A stretch of DNA of 64,000 bases from Camelus ferus (Eukaryota). A program made the position numbers and the translations under genes. Positions 14,400 through 26,569 of the stretch are shown one piece after another; the first letter of the stretch is position 1, and the number at the start of each line of letters is the position of its first letter. The notes beneath the pieces are model-generated. The model worked only from the letters and a program-made list of their open reading frames with translations. It did not search any database and was not told the origin of the DNA. Location of the stretch: positions 79,858,001 through 79,922,000 of the forward strand of contig NC_045697.1 in assembly GCF_009834535.1 (NCBI RefSeq), written 5' to 3'.

Positions 14400-14927
14400 A
14401 CAAGAGTAGTTTTTACCTGTCATGCCGGTGAAGCGAGGTCATTAGCAGCTTTAGTGTTCTGTAGAAAGACCAAGAGGGAGAAACTCAAAGGCATTCACTG
14501 AGTCATGCAAAAATTCTCCTATGTAGAGACGTTTACACAGCAGGAACTTAAGTCCATGTGTAAAGCAGGCTGCTCGCATGCTGAAAAACAAAACACCACC
14601 CCTCCCTCGCCTGCTCCCCCTCAGCCTCACCCCCCTCACTCCATTGACATGCATAACTGGCCTGGTAGGTGTAAAAATAGACTGGCAGCGCCTGAATTGG
14701 AAATGGTCACTGAAGGCAGCCTGCAGTTGCTGGGGTTTTGAGTTCTCTCTGACACCAGCAACCCGGTCAGCAGATGGGGAGAGCTGGTGAGGGGCGTGTA
14801 GGGGAACTGAGCAGAGGAGCCAAGGGTCGTCTGGATGAATCGTCCCCGATAGTGTCCCCCTGAGAGCCCTGGACAGAGCACAGACGGCAAAGACCGGCCC
14901 ACTGACGGCAGGAACCGTAGAACTGAG
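14400..14927 (+). promoter_or_regulatory. Putative alternative ANK2 promoter / 5' UTR
   Basis: GC and CpG content rises sharply relative to the AT-rich flanks. C-rich tract ~14595-14640; MEF2-like GTAAAAATAG 14671-14680 (one mismatch); E-boxes CAGTTG 14724 and CAGATG 14771; directly upstream of the candidate first exon. TSS not determinable. Confidence 0.55.
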
Positions 14928-15062
14928 ATGGGGAATGCAGCTCTCTGCCCGTCTTGCCAGGCGGATAAGAGCGTAAGAGCACAGGGACACTTGCAGGAAT
15001 TGGACAAAACCCCAGACTACTATGGCTGTAACAGCGAGGACACCAAAGAACTGGGGGTGCGG
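14928..15062 (+). CDS. ANK2: Candidate ANK2 alternative first coding exon, 45 aa: MGNAALCPSCQADKSVRAQGHLQELDKTPDYYGCNSEDTKELGVR
   Basis: Strong Kozak gagATGG; in-frame upstream TAG at 14850-14852; 45 open codons ending at a consensus donor CGG|gtaagt (15063) in phase 0, matching the phase-0 acceptor at 46398; embedded in a GC/CpG-rich patch. Confidence 0.8.
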
Positions 15063-15473
15063 GTAAGTTCTAAGCCATGAACAGGAGGACAAAAGGATGG
15101 TGGCATGAGACTCAACATTGGCCCTTACTGGTTAAACCTCTAAACTTCCTGGGAGGAAGCTGACGGAACAAAACCAATGTGATCAAACCAGCTGACAGCC
15201 TCTGATTCAGTGGCCTGCTGCTGTTTCCTCTGGGTGCTCCCAAGTGCTCGTATTTTTTCCTTCTGAGCTGGCTTCAGCTAGGAATTGACATTTGGGAATA
15301 AGTCAGAGTGATGTCTCTTTAACTCGAAATTTTGTCCAAAGCTAAACATATATTTTATGATAGAGTGACTTGCAGCAATATTGCAGAGATTCACTTACAT
15401 TCAGGCTGTTAAATTATTTTGCCTGTGTGTATATTCATAGTTCATTTTTATGAGGTCACAGAAGATTTTTTAA

Positions 15474-15602
15474 AATTCTTTAAAAAATTATTTTTTTGAG
15501 GGGGAAGGTAATTAGGTTTATTCATTTATTTATTTTTAGAGCAGGTACTGGGGTTTGAACCCAGAACCTCCTGTGCTCTACTTGAACTATATCTTCCCCC
15601 CA
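15474..15602 (-). mobile_element. tRNA-derived SINE (vic-1-like), long form with internal deletion
   Basis: B box and the aataaacctaattacc tail on the minus strand; anticodon arm missing; perfect 16-bp TSD acagaagattttttaa at 15458-15473 and 15603-15618. Confidence 0.88.
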
Positions 15603-16802
15603 ACAGAAGATTTTTTAAGCACGTGCTAATTTCGAATCCCAACTTTAGACTATAAAGGCATTTTATTTCTAATATTTTACTAACTTCAGTGCAAAGACCT
15701 TTAAATACTGTTCTGGTTATGATAATATTCTGTGCCGACGCCTAAAAGTTGAGCAAATAATCTAAGTTGACTTTCAGACTTTAGTAATTCATAATCATGG
15801 TATGTTCCTTAAAGTGGTTACAAAAGGCTTATTGTGATTTTGGGGAGGGGGAGGGCAAAAAATCTCTCTGAAATATTTTGATTTTCAAGTTGTTGGAGGC
15901 TAAAGTTTATCTTTGATCTGTCAGATGCAGGAATTTGACCTTATAGCGAGTCGTTTATTTCAGAGGGAAACCATGAAACTAAGATTCGGAGGATTTCTGA
16001 ATGGGAGAAACGGCGAGGTTGTACTTCACAGGGGTGCCCGGTATTTCCAGGAGGGAGGGCTCGGAGGAGGTTTCCTTCTCTCTTTGTCTTTTGCTCTGAC
16101 CTGGATGAATCTCATAATTTCGTAGCATTGATGTTCCATCAGATCCCAGTGAAACTGAAACAGAAACTAAGAGCTTATCAATAAAAACGACGTGTTTGCA
16201 GTTAGCAAAATTGAAAAGAAAGTCAGGTCAGCACGGTAGTGACAAACAAGGGCAGTGCTTCCAGAATTGGAAAGAAGCCACCCCAGGCAAGAGATTTAGC
16301 AAAAAGGTGGGGAGTGAGGCGATCCCACTGGGGTGAGAGAGCACCTGCCTTAACAGCCGCACAGCCCTCGTTTGTGACCAGGGGCTGGTGCATTTCTCCT
16401 TCTGGGTTAGACTTTATGGTTTAAGTGGCCTCCACCCACCAGGAGCCTCATTCGGGATTTCTGAGTGGTCACTTAAAGTGCAATTTCTGGACTGAGGGCC
16501 CCCCAAAAAAGGGTGAACATTTAGGTAACTCTTTAGTACCTTTACAAGCTTACTTAGTTGCAATATATAAATAATAAATGCCCTAACAAATAACTACCTG
16601 ATTTAAAAGGTAGTTTCTAGGAATTTTTAAAAAATTAATTTAGCATTTAGACTATTCTTTAAAATATTAGTTAATAATTCCTTCAAAATTTTGAACTTAC
16701 ACAAATGTATTCCATTTTTTTTCACCTTTTAAAAACCATTAAAATGTAATGCATGTAATTTATTTTAGAGGCACTTTAAAAATTAAATATAAAAGCCAAT
16801 TT

Positions 16803-16953
16803 AAAATTTATTTTAATTTTTATTTTTGGAGGGTGGGGGATGTAATTAGGTTTGTTTGTTTGTTTGTTTGTTTGTTTAACGGAGGTACTGGAGATTGAAC
16901 CAAGGACCTATGATGCTAGGCATGGGCTCTACCACTGAGCTATACCCTCTCCC
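16803..16953 (-). mobile_element. tRNA-derived SINE (vic-1-like) with a (TTTG)n-expanded linker
   Basis: Reverse complement gggagagggtatagctcagtggtagagcccatgcctagcatc..ggttcaatctccagtacctcc followed by the aaacctaattac tail; TSD degenerate. Confidence 0.88.
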
Positions 16954-18334
16954 TAAAAACCTATTTTTTTCAATATAGAGAACAGAAGTCATGATATCTT
17001 GATGCACTGATACGTTCTTTTAGGTAACGAAGAGGATGTGTTAGTGTGATTTTGAGGTCCAAGGGCTGAAATGAGAAATTCATCCAAAACTTCAGAGTTC
17101 AGAATATGACTGAAAACTTTTTAAGAAGAAATAATCCATAGTGATGTCATTCTCTTGTTGAAATCCTTCTAACCCTCTTAGTATAGCCCTGGAAAAAAAA
17201 AGTGAGTTGATTTTTTAAAAAATTATTATGATCTGATTTCTCTGAATTAAATAATATAACGTGCTGATCATTGAATAAACTCTTCTGTCAATGACATTAT
17301 AGACAGGAGCATACAGTGATTTTTGTGACATGGAAAGTTATGGTAGAAATAGAAATGCACCTGTTATCTACCTTCTTAAGGGATATTGTACTCGGGATTT
17401 CATCACTTTAGACACAGGGGGGAAGAAGTTAGTTCATAATACCAAAAATGACTGAAGCAAAATATGTAGTTCTATCCAGCTTAAGTTTCCCAAACTTAAG
17501 AACTCTATCATCTTACTTTATTTTTAAATAGCTACTAGAAGACTGAAGTCACTGCTTACATCATCTAGGTACATTTCTTAATTAGCCCCTTTTCATCATT
17601 TATGCTTGTCACAATTAATGATTAAGTTAATTGGTTCAGAACTTATTAACTGATATTTTTATAATTTTTTTTGAGGGGAAAAACAGAAACAGAGGTCCTT
17701 AGCACTTTTTTTCTTCTGGAAATTAACTTAGAAATGTTTTATAGACTTTATTGTGTTTTTAGGCCAAAAATTTCAAATAAATACATTGTCCAGCTTTATT
17801 CATAATCAGAACTAAACTCATGGAAAAAATACAAATTTTGAGGTTCTAAAACTTCTGGGCTTTATGTAAATTAATGCTTCATTCTTTTCTGTAAGTTTTA
17901 TTTAGAATTTTGAATAGTTTGACATTTGTTTATATAGATGAGTATAGCCATGTGGAATAAATCAGTTTCCAGGAATTGTGTTGGAAGTAAACAAACAAAA
18001 AATAATTTCTTCTTGAACAATATTGTTGTATGTCCATATTTGAAATTCCACTTACAGGCTTTTACATTTTTTTATAAGATTAAAAAAATCAGACCAGAAT
18101 TTATTTCTAGATATGGTACATAGTTAAACCTAGAAATTATATCAAAAAAGTAGAAAACAAAACTAAACATTGTTTTGGCAATATAATAATTTTCTAAGCT
18201 TTAAAGCAACTTTAAAAGATTATAGCAAAAAAGGTGAACAGCTAATATGCCACAAAATTTTAAAATTCTATACCTGGACAAATAACACATTATTTTAAAA
18301 TATATATACAAATTAATACTTAAATCCCAGCTCT

Positions 18335-18495
18335 GAATTCTGCAAACTCTGTAAAGGGCCATAGAGTGAATGTTACACTTTGTGGGCGTGTGATCTCTGG
18401 TGCAGCTATTCAACTCTGTTGTTGTCTGAACAAAAGCAGCCATAAGCAGGAGGTAAACAAATAGACCTGGCTGTATTCCAACAGTTCCTAAATTT
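18335..18495 (+). mobile_element. MER58A-like hAT (Charlie) DNA transposon fragment
   Basis: gcaaac..ctgtaaagggcca..gcagctattcaactctg..aaagcagccata..ggctgtattccaa matches the MER58A consensus as I recall it. Confidence 0.75.
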
Positions 18496-19944
18496 TCTAT
18501 GATTAAATTATCAATTGCTAAAATTTTCAATTCCTAAATACTAATTTTAGTTACAGTATTTCTGTTTTATAAAGATATACATTAAAACAATAAAATAAAA
18601 TATTCTGTCTGTTAACAAAGATATGAAATATAATAATATTCAGTCTTAGAAGATTGTGTTGAAACTGGTAGACATTCCTGGGTGTGTTGTAAATTTTTCT
18701 AATTATTTGGAAAGCAATTTGGAAATACATTTCAAACGAGTTACAGCTAGCTTCTCTTTTTCTTTTTGCTAGTGCAGTGAGGACTCTAGTAGCATGGAGG
18801 TATTTGAGTGGAGGACAAGAGTAGGCAAACCTGTGCAGACTCCCACCCCCAACCACAGATAATGGACTAGGCTGGACTGCAGTCCCTCTGTTGTGAGTAT
18901 TTCCAAGTCCATCCCTCCCTTCACTCAAAATTTGAGGGCACCAGAGAGCTCTACTCCCAGAGACCTTATTCCAAATCCACAGAGAAAAAAATGCCTGCCT
19001 TCCTCATGAAGATGTAAGACTTATGAGCTCATGTTAGGGTTTTCCTCTGGTTGCCTCTTACGTTAGTCCTTGAAGGACACGGAGATCTTCTATTATCCCA
19101 ATCAACCTGACAGTTCCAAAAAGAGGAAGCAGGTGGGGCAGAGACAGTCAAGAACAAAATTCAGCTGTATTCACGTTCTTATTCAGAATAAGTCCTACTA
19201 ATAGTTCTAAATGTTTCTGTTGATTGCAGAAGGAAAAACCACATTATCTCTCAGATACCTTTTTGTTTTCATTTACGCAGGTGATTGGTACATATATACC
19301 AGGTTCACTTATGAAAGCAGAGGCTCTTAGAGATGCCTTACAGACTTCGTCCTGGGCCCTAGCGGAGCTCTGTCTGGGACATGAGTCAGCAAAGCCATGC
19401 AGGGGCTAAGCGGGCTCCAGATAGACGGCTTCTTGGCCATGCTTTGGTAAAGTGCAACCTAGAACAGCATCAGGAATATGTCTTATTTCTTATTCTTCTT
19501 CTTGGCTTGAATTTTTGTTATGGCATCATTTATAGATTTGCATATTGATCTAAGTGCTCTCTATATTTTTCTTGCAATGGGCCATGTGCTTTTATTGTAG
19601 TTTCTTTACCGTATCAGATTAATTTGCTTCATCCCAACAGCAAAACCATAAATGTGATGCTTCATCACAAATATTCCTTAGGTTATCTGTCCTAGCTGAT
19701 TTTTAAGTTAGTACATCCTTCTCTTTTTACCAGTGTATTCTCAGAGATTTTTCTGTTCTTGTTTCATTTATTTTAACATCTTTTCCCAATTATAGTAAAT
19801 AATTTTATCTTCTTTATGTCAGCCTTCTGGTTATAGTATACATATTCTTGGGAATTGAGCCCATGAGCAATGAATTCTGCTGTTACTGCGAAAACAGTTC
19901 AGTGCTTTTCTGCTCTGCTGAATCAAAAGATAGTAACTCAGTCA

Positions 19945-20590
19945 GCAGATTTTTATTGAGCTAGATATCGTTCAAAATGCTGGTGATATGTTGACAAGAC
20001 AGACAGGAGACAAACGGTAACCCAGCGCAGGGAGATGCAGGGAGCATGCTGCCCAGGTGAGGTAGGAGTGCACTGGGCGTGGCCAAGGGCCAGGGAGGGT
20101 GCGTGGCTGCAAAGTAGTGAACACAGGAAACAGTGGCAACAAGGTCTGAGGTGCAGGCACAGGCCCACCTTGGCAGAAATTTAGATTTCTCTCTGAAAGC
20201 AGTGGGTCTTGGAAAAGAGTCTGGATTTCATTCTAAGAACAGTGGGAAACCTCTGAAGGATTTTAGTCAGAGAAATAGTAGGACTCCATTTATACTTCAA
20301 AAGCTCTCTCTCTGCCTCTGTCTCTGTCTCTGTCTCTGTCTCTGCTTGGTGGAGAACGGATTGTATATTCCATCAAGCAAGGAAGAACGGAGGCCAATTT
20401 AAGGCGTCCCAGAAACCCCTGAGGAGAACGATGACATAGTATTAAATTAGGGTCTTAGTGTTGTGAGAAGTGACAGATTCCGGATGTATTTTTGTTTTTA
20501 TTGAAGGATTGTTTTGGCTTATAAAGGAAAGAGAAACGATTATTGGCTTATGCCAGTGAGTACTAGACAGTGCTATTTACTAAGGTGGAG
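19945..20590 (-). mobile_element. LINE-2 fragment with internal (CTCTGT)n repeat
   Basis: tttattgagc..gaacaagacag-like start, ggatttcattctaag..gtgggaaacctctgaaggattttagtcag, gagaagtgacagattc. Confidence 0.6.
20304..20345. repeat. (CTCTGT)n hexanucleotide repeat
   Basis: Direct reading; produces the LCLCLC pattern in ORF 20133-20402. Confidence 0.9.
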
Positions 20591-21460
20591 TAGGGTGTGT
20601 GTGTGGTGTGTATGTGTGAGAGAGAGATGATTCTTTATCTACGAAGCATACAGTACGTCAAGAGAGTTAAACTTTTTTCAGTTTTGAGTTCTAAGAGGAT
20701 AGAAATAAGGGACCTTCGAGGATATAGTGAACATCCCCTTCAGTAGCCTTTTTTATAACTGCTGTGAGAAAGCTTTCTTCATGTAGTTTTGCTGTTAACC
20801 TGAAAAAGATCCAAGAGTGTAATGAAAATCATGCTGATAAGGCATTTTTGAAAATATGAAATGATATAGAGCCTGATTATGTGACTTTTGGATGGTTTAT
20901 TTAAAGATAAATTTTGAAAGAAGATAAGTTACGGCTTCTGTGCTCTAGGAACTTTCAATCTCGATTTAGAGACAGGACTTATCCACGTGTAATCCCTTAA
21001 CTATCAGAGTCAACAGGCAAGTGAGTGGTAATGGGAGTGGTGAAATGAATACCCATGAGATGCCAGAGAAGGAGAGGAACAGTGCAGACCACAGTGCTTT
21101 GGGAATGCCCCACGGACGGGGCTGGGCTCAGCCAGTGTGAAGCAGAGCAGCTGTACTGACGGTTCACGCTTGGCAATGCTTCCAAACAGGCTAATTAAAT
21201 AGCTGCTTTTAGGAGCCCACCAAGCTGCTGGTTCTACTGTAACGACGTGGAGCCTGTCCCCAGGATCCCCCAGTCCACTTCCATCCCCAAAATGAGCAAA
21301 CAAAGGACTAATGCCTGGACCAGCTAGGGGTCTCCAGGGCCACCTTCCTCCAGTGCTACGGCCAGCATCCGTTGTGATTGCTTGGTGCCTAAACTGTACC
21401 AGTTGTTAAATATTTTGAATATCCTTTCTGCCAATGGAGAAGTTGGAGCCTGTAGTCGAT

Positions 21461-21915
21461 TTTTTAATTTTAAATCTTTAAATTTAGGTATAGTTGTACA
21501 GTATTATATGTTTCAGGTGTACAGCATATTGATTCACAGTTTTTAAAGGTTATACTCCATTTATAGTTATTATAAAATATTGGCTATATTCCCTGTGCTG
21601 TACAATATATCCTTGTAGATTATTTATTTTATATATAGTAGTTTGTACCTCTTAATCTCCTAACTTGCCCCTCCCCCTTCTCTCTCCTGCTGCTGGTAAT
21701 GACTAGTTTGCTCTCTCTGAGTCTGTTTCTTTTTTGTTATATTCTCTAGTTTATTTTTTGGATTCCTTATGGAAGTGTTATATACAGTATTTGTCGTTCT
21801 CTGTCTGACTTATTTCACTTAGCATAATACCCTCCAAGTCCATCCATGTTGTTGCAATGGCAAAATTTCATTCTTTTTTTAATGGCTGAGTTGTAATCCA
21901 TTGTATAGATATACT
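21461..21915 (-). mobile_element. 5'-truncated LINE-1 (3' UTR plus ORF2 end)
   Basis: Typical L1 3' end in reverse (tatttcacttagcataatac..tccatccatgttgttgca..ggctgagt); degenerate TSD agcctgtagtcgat (21447-21460) / agcctgaagtagat (21916-21929). Confidence 0.88.
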
Positions 21916-23892
21916 AGCCTGAAGTAGATCTTGGAAGCAGAGTACAATCTTGGTTCCTGTTGGGAAGAAGGTATGTTTGGAAATCATTTATTGAGCATCT
22001 GCTAAATGCCAGGCACTGGGCCTATCAAGATGAATAAGACATGCAACCTTGGCTTAAAGGAACATGATCCAAGGATGGACAAAGCAGGAGTCCCAATATT
22101 GTGTTCCAGTGTGATGAGAAAGCATGTTTCAGAGGGTTACAAAAAAGTCAAATCTTGAAGCATTATGAGCAGATCACAAGCTCAGTCTTGGAGTCAGTGG
22201 TAACATTAGGATGATAGAGAAGCAGTATATAAATCCCCATGGCTGTAACACCGATAAGAGGTCCAAAAGGCATTTCTAAAAACATTTAAAGTACCTGGAG
22301 ACTAAGATGTTTTAATTCTAACCTACTCAAAAAAGAAAAAAAAGTACCCTGCTATACAAATGTAAACACATTACTACTGTGAAATATTAATTGTATAAAA
22401 CATATTTGCTGTAGTAATTCCTGTAATTATTATGCATTCTCTAGATTAAGTTGCACATAAAATGCAATAGATGCCTTTCAGTGAAAGAGTACACTGTGAT
22501 AAGATGAATTATTATAATATAAAAAATATCTACTTCTATTATATTTTTCTTACAATGAGGTTCATCCAAACATAATTATTTATTTAAATTATGTAGTACT
22601 TAAAATTTTTTTCTTTTATATTTCATAAGATTAGTTCTACTGGACGTACAGTGGCTTTTTCAAGGTCACATGTAGGGTGGAGCTGAGAATGCTCTGTGGA
22701 GAGAGAGTTGTCTTTTCAACCATATTTTGTTTCCTTCCCACACAGACATCTGCTGTCTTTCTTACCCACTTTCAGTTGCTGTTTTGGATTGAATGCCCTT
22801 TTAATGGATGAAACTTGAAATTTATTTGGCCATAGGAAATAGCTACTGGTTTTCTGATTCCTTCATTTTCATTTAAAGGTTTCTCCTTGAAATGTGGGAT
22901 ATATTATTATCACATTTGATTGTCAACATTTTAAGAGTTTGACTTTTCAAAGCTGACATTCACATCGTATTTGTGTAAGCTTATGTGGCTACAGTAAAAC
23001 TGTTTTTTTACCTTTAAAATCTGCTTGTAGGAAGTACAAATATTACAGTGATCATCTGCAGTATAATCACTTCATTGGTGTCTTTGAGCTTATGAATTAT
23101 ATCTAAAAGCTATGTGAAAACCAGGTGTTAAATAGTAGAGGTTGTGAGTGGAAACTGTTTTTGATGAATTATAAATGTTGCTGACATATTGTTTAAAATT
23201 TGGGATTTTGGGGGTACTCTTTACCTACCTCAGTTATCAATGAGTTTCAAAAGATTATACTTTGAAGTATAATCTTATGTTCTACCTGATACTGTAGCAA
23301 TTTCTACATTCTAGTATAGCAACTCCATTAGATAAACACATCATGTACTTAAAAATTGACGCTGTAAGATTGATAATTTGTCTAACAATGAATTCTCATT
23401 TCATTAAGGAAAAGATCTCTCCAGGCAGAAATAATGTATTAAAATTAGAGTTTGAAGTGTCTTTAGATTTGCTCCTTTAGAATCATACCTTTCTAGATTG
23501 TCAGCCTTCTGAAGGAAATTAGTTAGAAAGCATCTACTAAGACACCTAGTAAAACAGAAGTACACAGGAGCATTTGCGACTCTTTTCTTTGTGAAAACCA
23601 CTGGTTGTCACATGTGTATTTTTTTAGATTTTTAGGAAAAAGTCATTTTTCAGAAGTAAAAGACATTCAACAGTTTTCTGTTAGTAAGGCATATGTTTCA
23701 CAAAATTGCCCATTTATCTGTCATACATCATTATTTCTTTCGAAAAATAGCTGATCTAATTCCATTTCTCATGCATTTTTGCATCATGCATTCTGACAGA
23801 CTAAATGATGGAGGCTGGCATAAGGGATAAAGTGTATTTAGGTTGTGTAATAAATACAGAGAATGAAAGGTCTAGCTAATCCTTTATGTCAT

Positions 23893-24092
23893 CACCTCTC
23901 AAAATGTGTTCCGTGAACCACCCACATCAGAAGAATCGCCTAGGGTGTTTTAAAGTGATGTGGATTGCTGAGCCCCATTCCAGACCTCCAGAGTTAGAAT
24001 CTCCAAGGTGGGAGCCAAGAATATTTACTTAACAAGATTAAGCATGATGTCTAAGTAACCCTTAAGTGCATTAATGTATGATAAACCACTGC
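23893..24092. mobile_element. MER5-like hAT DNA transposon
   Basis: ctctcaaaatgtgttccgtgaacc..catcaga..gattgctgagccccattccagacc..agaatctccaaggtgggagccaagaat..aaccactg. Confidence 0.7.
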
Positions 24093-24881
24093 TTTATGTT
24101 CTAAGAAGTTGACGTTACTGAAGAGACCAGACTGAATATATAACAACTGCACAGAGGGCATAAGAGTATAAAAACCCTTCATATTCTATTCAGTTTCTTC
24201 TAATCCAGGTTAATTCAACTGGTTGCCAAATTCTACTTAAGAAACCAAGACCACACAGGACATGTGGGAACTGAGGCTGCTTGGCCAACAAATGGGACCT
24301 CCTCCAGGTCTTATGTATTATCATAAAAGTAAGAAAGTGTCTGTGTTGTATTGCAATGGAATTTTAAACGATAGCACTTAAGGTAAATGTAAGCTCCACC
24401 TCTGAAAGCTAACAATTGCTATACACCTATATAGAGTCCTTTCATTGTTTAAGCTTGTCAGCTCCCATCAGAAGTCTAGGCGCTGAGGTACTATAAGATG
24501 CTGTTATGAAAATGGGTCCCCCAATTTTTTAAAAAGCAGAATTTCATTCCACTGTTGGGCAGTCAGCTTGAACAGCAAGATTGCTCTGAATGATTTGATC
24601 CTTCCTTGGAATTGAAGTCCAGTACAATTTTCTGGCTGAATTCCACACTTCTGCCTAAAAAGTCACGCAGCCTGGGAGAGATGATTAACAAAGTTCTTTT
24701 GGCCTCATTAAAATTTCTTGGTACATCAGCTAATGTGAGGTGTTAAATATTCACTCCATGTATGTTCAATTTTAAGAATTCTATATGCATTTCTAAAAGA
24801 CCTATAAAATTAAGTGTTAAATCAGTTTTTTCCAAGAAAGTAAATAACGAATTCTACCGTCTACATACACTTTCTTCCTTT

Positions 24882-25849
24882 TTTAAAAATATATTTTTAT
24901 TGAAATATAGTCAGTTTACAGTGCTCTGTTAATTTCCGATGTATAGCACAATACTTCAGTCATATAGGAATATAAATATATTTTTCATATTCTTTTTCAC
25001 CACGAGTTACTACAAGATATTGAATATGGTTCCCTGTGCTATACAGTATAACCTTGTTGTTTATCCATTTTATATTTATTAATTAGTATCTGCAAATCTT
25101 GAATTCCCAATTTATCCCTTTCCACCCCCTTTCCCCCTTGATAATGATAAGTTTATTTTCTATGTCTGTGAATCTGTTTCTGTTTCTGTAAGATCGTTTG
25201 TCTTTTTTTTTTTTTTTAGGATTCCACATATAAGTGTTATATAGTATTTTTCTTTCTCTTTCTGGCTTACTTCACTTAGAATGGCATTCTCCATGTCCAT
25301 CCATGCTACTGCAAATGGCATTATTTTATTATTTTTTATGACCGAGTAGTATTCCATTGTATAAATATACCACAACTTCTTTATCCAGTCATCTGTTAAT
25401 GGACATTTAGGTTGTTTCCATGTCTTGGCTATTGTAAGTAGTGCTGCTATGAACATTGGGGTGCGTGTGTCTTTTTGAGTTAAGATTCCTTCTGGATATA
25501 TGCCCAGGAGTGGGATTGCTGGATCATATGATAAGTTTATTTTTAGTGTTTTGAGGAATCTCCATACTGTTTTCCATAATGGCTGTACCAAACTACATTC
25601 CCACCAACAGTGTAGGAGGGTTCCCTTTTCTCCACACCCTCTCCAGCGTTTATCGTTTGTGGACTTTTAAATGATGGCCATTCTGACTGATGTGAGGTGA
25701 TACCTCATTGTAGTTTTAATTTGCATTTCTCCAATAATTAGCAACTTTGAGCATTTTTTTCATGTTGCCTGTTGTCCATTTGCATGTCTTCATTGCAAAA
25801 TTGCTCATTTAGGTCTTCTGTCCATTTTTAGACTGGGTTGTTTGTTTTG
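24882..25849 (-). mobile_element. 5'-truncated young LINE-1 with ORF2 C-terminus
   Basis: ORF 25160-25591 encodes the L1 ORF2 C-terminus ([46 protein letters not shown]); TSD cactttctt(c/t)cttt at 24868 and 25850. Confidence 0.95.
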
Positions 25850-26224
25850 CACTTTCTTTCTTTCTTTTGTTACATGATATATAATACAGATGAAAGGATC
25901 AGTCTTTGGTGTTGATTTGTGTAAACTCACCAATTTATTCTTTGAAGAATTAAACAGTGATCCAGATGAACATGTCAGTTTCCATTCCTGTTAAAAATGT
26001 GACCCATGCAGTTACAGCTGTGTTAGACCCCAGCCATGACACTGTGAGCCAAGTTATTGATTCTGGGCTGCTTTCTTGTCTAGTGCTAACCACTTGATTT
26101 GGCACTGGGACTAGATCTTTTCTACTCAGGATCAACAGTTGAATTAGATATGGGAAATAGCAGGAAAATACAAAAAAAGAAATAAAAGAAATGTAGAATG
26201 TACAGGGGGTTCTATATTAATTAC

Positions 26225-26550
26225 TGATAATGATAGCCATCATTTTTTGAGCTCCTGTTATTTCCTAGATTCTGTAATGATGCTCTGCACACCATTTACA
26301 GATCTAAGTTTCATTTCTTCTGATAATAGCTCTGTGAATCAAGTATTAAAGTTTACTTTTATTGAGTGTCTGCTATCCCAGCATACTCTTCTTAGGGATT
26401 TTACATATATTACCTAATTTAGTGCATATAATCCTATACGTGTTATAGACAAGTAAACCAAGGCTTATTTGAGTTCAGTACTTTGCTCAAGGTCACATAA
26501 CTCATGGTAAGTGGTAGAAACAGGATTGAAAATGTAGTTCTAAGCTCACT
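26225..26550 (-). mobile_element. MIR fragments
   Basis: tattgagtgtctgctat..atagacaagtaaaccaaggctta..tttgctcaaggtcacataact..agtggtagaaacaggattgaa. Confidence 0.55.
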
Positions 26551-26569
26551 GTATTACATTAACCATTTA

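Noticed and set aside
14451..15092. 213-aa antisense ORF and overlapping 70-123 aa ORFs
   Set aside because: Non-ATG start for the longest, no recognisable domain; expected stop-poor shadow of the GC-rich promoter and first exon.
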